Assembly: GCA_918797485.1 (NCBI GenBank)
Contig: CAKKNE010000005.1
Coordinates: 2,480,001 to 2,544,000, forward strand
DNA from: Pelagomonas calceolata
Taxonomy: Eukaryota
Reading direction: 5' to 3'
DNA: 64,000 nt
Shown piece by piece: positions 60,937-64,000 of the stretch. Below the pieces are notes generated by a model. The model was given only the letters and a program-made list of their open reading frames with translations, was not told the DNA's origin and searched no databases. Each line of letters starts with the position of its first letter. The stretch's first letter is position 1. The position numbers were made by a program, and so were the translations under genes.

Positions 60937-63816
60937 ATGATCGCCTGGCGGTGGCGGTGCTTGTTCCTCAGCGCGGTGGTCGGGGGGCAGCGCCCCCCCC
61001 GCAGCGGGCCGAAGGCGCGGCGGTCCAAGGGGCGGCGCGACGGCGCGCGCCGGCTCGAGGACACGACCGTGCCGACGTCGAAGCCGACACTCTCGCCGTC
61101 GTTTGCCACGCACGTGCCGACGGCGGCGCCGACCTCGGTGCCGACGTCGCCGACGGCGGCGCCGACGGCCGTGCCGACGGCCAGGCCGACGTCGGAGCCG
61201 ACGCCCGAGCCGTCGAAGGTCCCGACGGGCGTTCCGACGGAGCAGGACCCGACGCCCGCGCCGACGTCACCGCCAAGCGCGGTGCCGACGTCGCCGACGA
61301 GCAATCCGACTCTCGTCCCGACGCCCGTCCCGACATCGACGCCGACGGCGGAGCCGACGCCGACGGCGTTTTCCCGCAAGCCGACCGGCGTCCCGACGAC
61401 GCCCCCTTCGGCCGAGCCGTCGTTCTCGCACCACCCGACATCCGTGCCGACGTCCCAACCTTCGCCCGTGCCCACGTTCACGCCGGCGTGCTGCGTCGAG
61501 CACCAATTTACCGAAACCGGGGAGGTGGAAGGCACGACGTGTAGCGGCGGCCGCTCGCCGTGGGACGCCGCCACCATGACCGAGCTGTGTACGGCGGGCT
61601 ATTCGGAGTACGGCGCGGCGGCGCCGCCCTTCCGCGATTGCAGGCAGGAGGCGATTGACTCGGGGAACTGCGGCGACACTGACTCGGGGAACTGGGGCCA
61701 ATCGTGCGAGGGTTGTTGGGATCACGACTACTGGGCGAACGTCGGCTACGAAGCGTGCCCCGACTGGGTGGTCGACGCCATGAACGCGGAGGGGGCCACC
61801 GGCGGCCAGTGCGCGGATTGGGTCCGCGACGGCTACTCGTATCCCTCCGGTTCGTGCGGGCACCACGCCTGGGGCGCCGATCGCGACGGATACTCCAAGT
61901 GCGCCTGGCTGGGTAGAGAGCCCTATCCCGAGGGCGACGCCGCCCTCCACGCGATGGGGGACGACGCCGGGTTGTGCTGCCCGGAGTATCCCTCCGGTTC
62001 GTGCGGGGACCACGCCTGGGGCGCCGATCGCGACGGATACTCCAAGTGCGCCTGGCTGGGTAGAGAGCCCTATCCCGAGGGCGACGCCGCCCTCCACGCG
62101 ATGGGGGACGACGCGGAGACGTGCTGCCCGGGCGAGGACTGGAGGTCGGCGAACGGCTGTCGCCAGGACTACTGCACGTCCACGGGCGACGACTGCTACG
62201 CCTCGATGGACTGGGGCGAGCCGGCGACCTGCTCAAACGGCTACACTCCGTCGCCGCCGAACCCGACTATGGACGACCCCGAGTACACGTGCTGCCCGAG
62301 CGCGACCAGCTGCGAGTACGTCGCCGGCCAGCCGTTCGTCCTCGTGGCGTTTGAGCCCGATCCAGCCACCCAGGCAATGTTGGGCCTGGCAGACGGGGAG
62401 TTCTCGGTGGGCCTGAATGATGCGGACAAAAACTACATCGCCGACGAGACTCCAAACGTCCACAGCAACACATTTGTCAGCACGCAAACGACGGAGGGCA
62501 CGAAGATGCTTCAGGTCTGTTCGAACCCGACGTGCTCCGACGGCAGCGCCGCGACGTGCTGCGACGTCGATGGAGACTGCGAGGACGGCGACGACGACTA
62601 CTGCTGCGGCGCAGACTACTACTGCTCGAACGACGGTGCCGAATACGCGGCGACCATGGGCGGCGTGCTCTGCTGCTCGCTCGGCCACGCGAACGGCGGC
62701 ATAACTTTCCCGGATATGCCGGACGAGTGGACGACGGACGCGACGCGGCCGCCGTCCATCGACGAGGACTTCCTCATCAACGTCGGTCTGCACGTTCACT
62801 GCCAAGAGTACGCGTCGGGGGTCAAGGCGATAGCGATCGGGAACGCGGGCTCCGCCGGGAGCTGGGTCGTCAACGGTGACGGGACAATTTCGCCGCATGA
62901 TGCCCCGCACCTCGTGCTCGTCTGGGGCGACTTCACCACGGCCTCGTGCTGGGAGTCCGCGACTGGGTACATGGACCCGCAACCGAACAACCTAGTCCTC
63001 ATGGACTCCGCGATGGCGCTCGGTTGCGAGGCCGCGAGAGAGGCCGATCCTGCTCAGATGTGCGCGCCGGTCTTCCGCGCGAGAGGCGTCGACTGCGATC
63101 ACGCCGGCCACGACCATGGCAGCGCCTGCGACGGCCTCCACCCCATGGCGGGCTGGACCGGTGAGGCTTGCAGCTGGGCGCACGGGGAGACGCACGGCTG
63201 CCCGGTCGCGAACGTGCCGCGGCACCGGTGGGAGTCCGACCTCTGGTCCTGCGACCAGCTGTGCGGGGAAATCGGCGGGCGGTGCAACCGCGCGGCGTAC
63301 ATGAGCAACAACCACTGCGGGTCGGACGTGACCGAGCAGTGGGAATTCTCGTGCTGGGACCACGTCAACGGAATGGGGGCATGGGTCGAGGACTTCGATC
63401 CGGAGCACGCGCTGTGCTGGTGCGAGGCCGACGACACGGACCACTGGTGGCACTACTACGACGAAGACGACGACGACGACGACGGGTTAGGCGGCGGCTC
63501 GGAGCTCGTCATGTCCGGCGGCCTCGTCGCGATTGGCCTCACGTTTACCGGAATCAGCATCGCTGCGATCGCAAATGCGGTCCAGGAACAATGCGCCTTG
63601 GGACCGACGATCGTCTACGAAGCTGGCACGACTCACCCCTACTACATCTCCCCAAATCTATGCTCCATCGGGACCAAGACCTACGCTTCGAAGACGACTG
63701 TCCGCGACGCGTCGCCGCGCAAGGTCTGCCGCAAGTTTTGCGAGGCAGCTTCAGAGAAGGGGAAACTTGCACTGAAGCACGTGCAGGGCCTCACTTGCTA
63801 CTGCAAAAGGAAGTAA
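60937..63816 (+). CDS. Large secreted or surface Cys-rich modular protein with mucin-like PT stalk
   Basis: Signal-like MIAWRWRCLFLSAVVG, RRL, long PT repeats, many CC-ending modules, hydrophobic segment near the C-terminus. Confidence 0.75.
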   Translation: MIAWRWRCLFLSAVVGGQRPPRSGPKARRSKGRRDGARRLEDTTVPTSKPTLSPSFATHVPTAAPTSVPTSPTAAPTAVPTARPTSEPTPEPSKVPTGVPTEQDPTPAPTSPPSAVPTSPTSNPTLVPTPVPTSTPTAEPTPTAFSRKPTGVPTTPPSAEPSFSHHPTSVPTSQPSPVPTFTPACCVEHQFTETGEVEGTTCSGGRSPWDAATMTELCTAGYSEYGAAAPPFRDCRQEAIDSGNCGDTDSGNWGQSCEGCWDHDYWANVGYEACPDWVVDAMNAEGATGGQCADWVRDGYSYPSGSCGHHAWGADRDGYSKCAWLGREPYPEGDAALHAMGDDAGLCCPEYPSGSCGDHAWGADRDGYSKCAWLGREPYPEGDAALHAMGDDAETCCPGEDWRSANGCRQDYCTSTGDDCYASMDWGEPATCSNGYTPSPPNPTMDDPEYTCCPSATSCEYVAGQPFVLVAFEPDPATQAMLGLADGEFSVGLNDADKNYIADETPNVHSNTFVSTQTTEGTKMLQVCSNPTCSDGSAATCCDVDGDCEDGDDDYCCGADYYCSNDGAEYAATMGGVLCCSLGHANGGITFPDMPDEWTTDATRPPSIDEDFLINVGLHVHCQEYASGVKAIAIGNAGSAGSWVVNGDGTISPHDAPHLVLVWGDFTTASCWESATGYMDPQPNNLVLMDSAMALGCEAAREADPAQMCAPVFRARGVDCDHAGHDHGSACDGLHPMAGWTGEACSWAHGETHGCPVANVPRHRWESDLWSCDQLCGEIGGRCNRAAYMSNNHCGSDVTEQWEFSCWDHVNGMGAWVEDFDPEHALCWCEADDTDHWWHYYDEDDDDDDGLGGGSELVMSGGLVAIGLTFTGISIAAIANAVQEQCALGPTIVYEAGTTHPYYISPNLCSIGTKTYASKTTVRDASPRKVCRKFCEAASEKGKLALKHVQGLTCYCKRK
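61839..62132 (+). repeat. 147-bp in-frame tandem duplication
   Basis: YPSGSCG(H/D)HAWGADRDGYSKCAWLGREPYPEGDAALHAMGDDAxxCCP twice, with near-identical DNA. Confidence 0.92.
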
Positions 63817-64000
63817 GCGACCCCTGTTCTCCCCCCTCCCTCTTCTTGACTGTTTGACAGTTTGCATCGGCAGCGCCGCCCTAGACGCCGCCCGTTCCGA
63901 AAGAAGCTTCCCCGCCCTACCTTCATCCAACCATTCGTAACTGCAGATTTCATGACCACTCCTAGTACTCCGCTGCATCAATAACTATGGGCCAGCGGAG

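Noticed and set aside
1..64000. Hundreds of long overlapping Arg/Ala/Pro-rich ORFs (e.g. 20543-22138 +, 37017-38543 -, 59303-60901 -)
   Set aside because: Shadow ORFs expected from high GC. They lack motifs and overlap better-supported genes.

Overview
A gene-dense, GC-rich eukaryotic window with few, short spliceosomal introns. Plastid-targeted proteins with bipartite presequences (violaxanthin de-epoxidase-like, thylakoid peptidase) and introner-type introns suggest a pelagophyte stramenopile alga (Pelagomonas/Aureococcus-like; this is inference). About 31 protein-coding genes are supportable. They include a giant (>3300 aa) DUF3638/DUF3645 SF2-ATPase-like gene that runs off the left edge and a small twin-CX9C gene, both largely or entirely missed by the ORF track. 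I recognised no rRNA, tRNA or CRISPR array. The main highlights are: (1) a recurrent spaced inverted repeat, GCTAGCG-N8-11-CACTAGC (spacer often ending TGTAAGA), present once in each of at least 12 promoter-side intergenic regions and in none of the convergent ones I read, making it a candidate undescribed promoter element; (2) a family of TIR/TSD introner elements creating 6 introns, in both orientations and at different stages of decay; (3) a receptor-type protein joining a MAM ectodomain and transmembrane helix to an AGC kinase; (4) unusual fusions (Maf + CoA-binding; 2OG-like + SnoaL + RluA). All domain calls are from motif recognition by eye; no searches were run.
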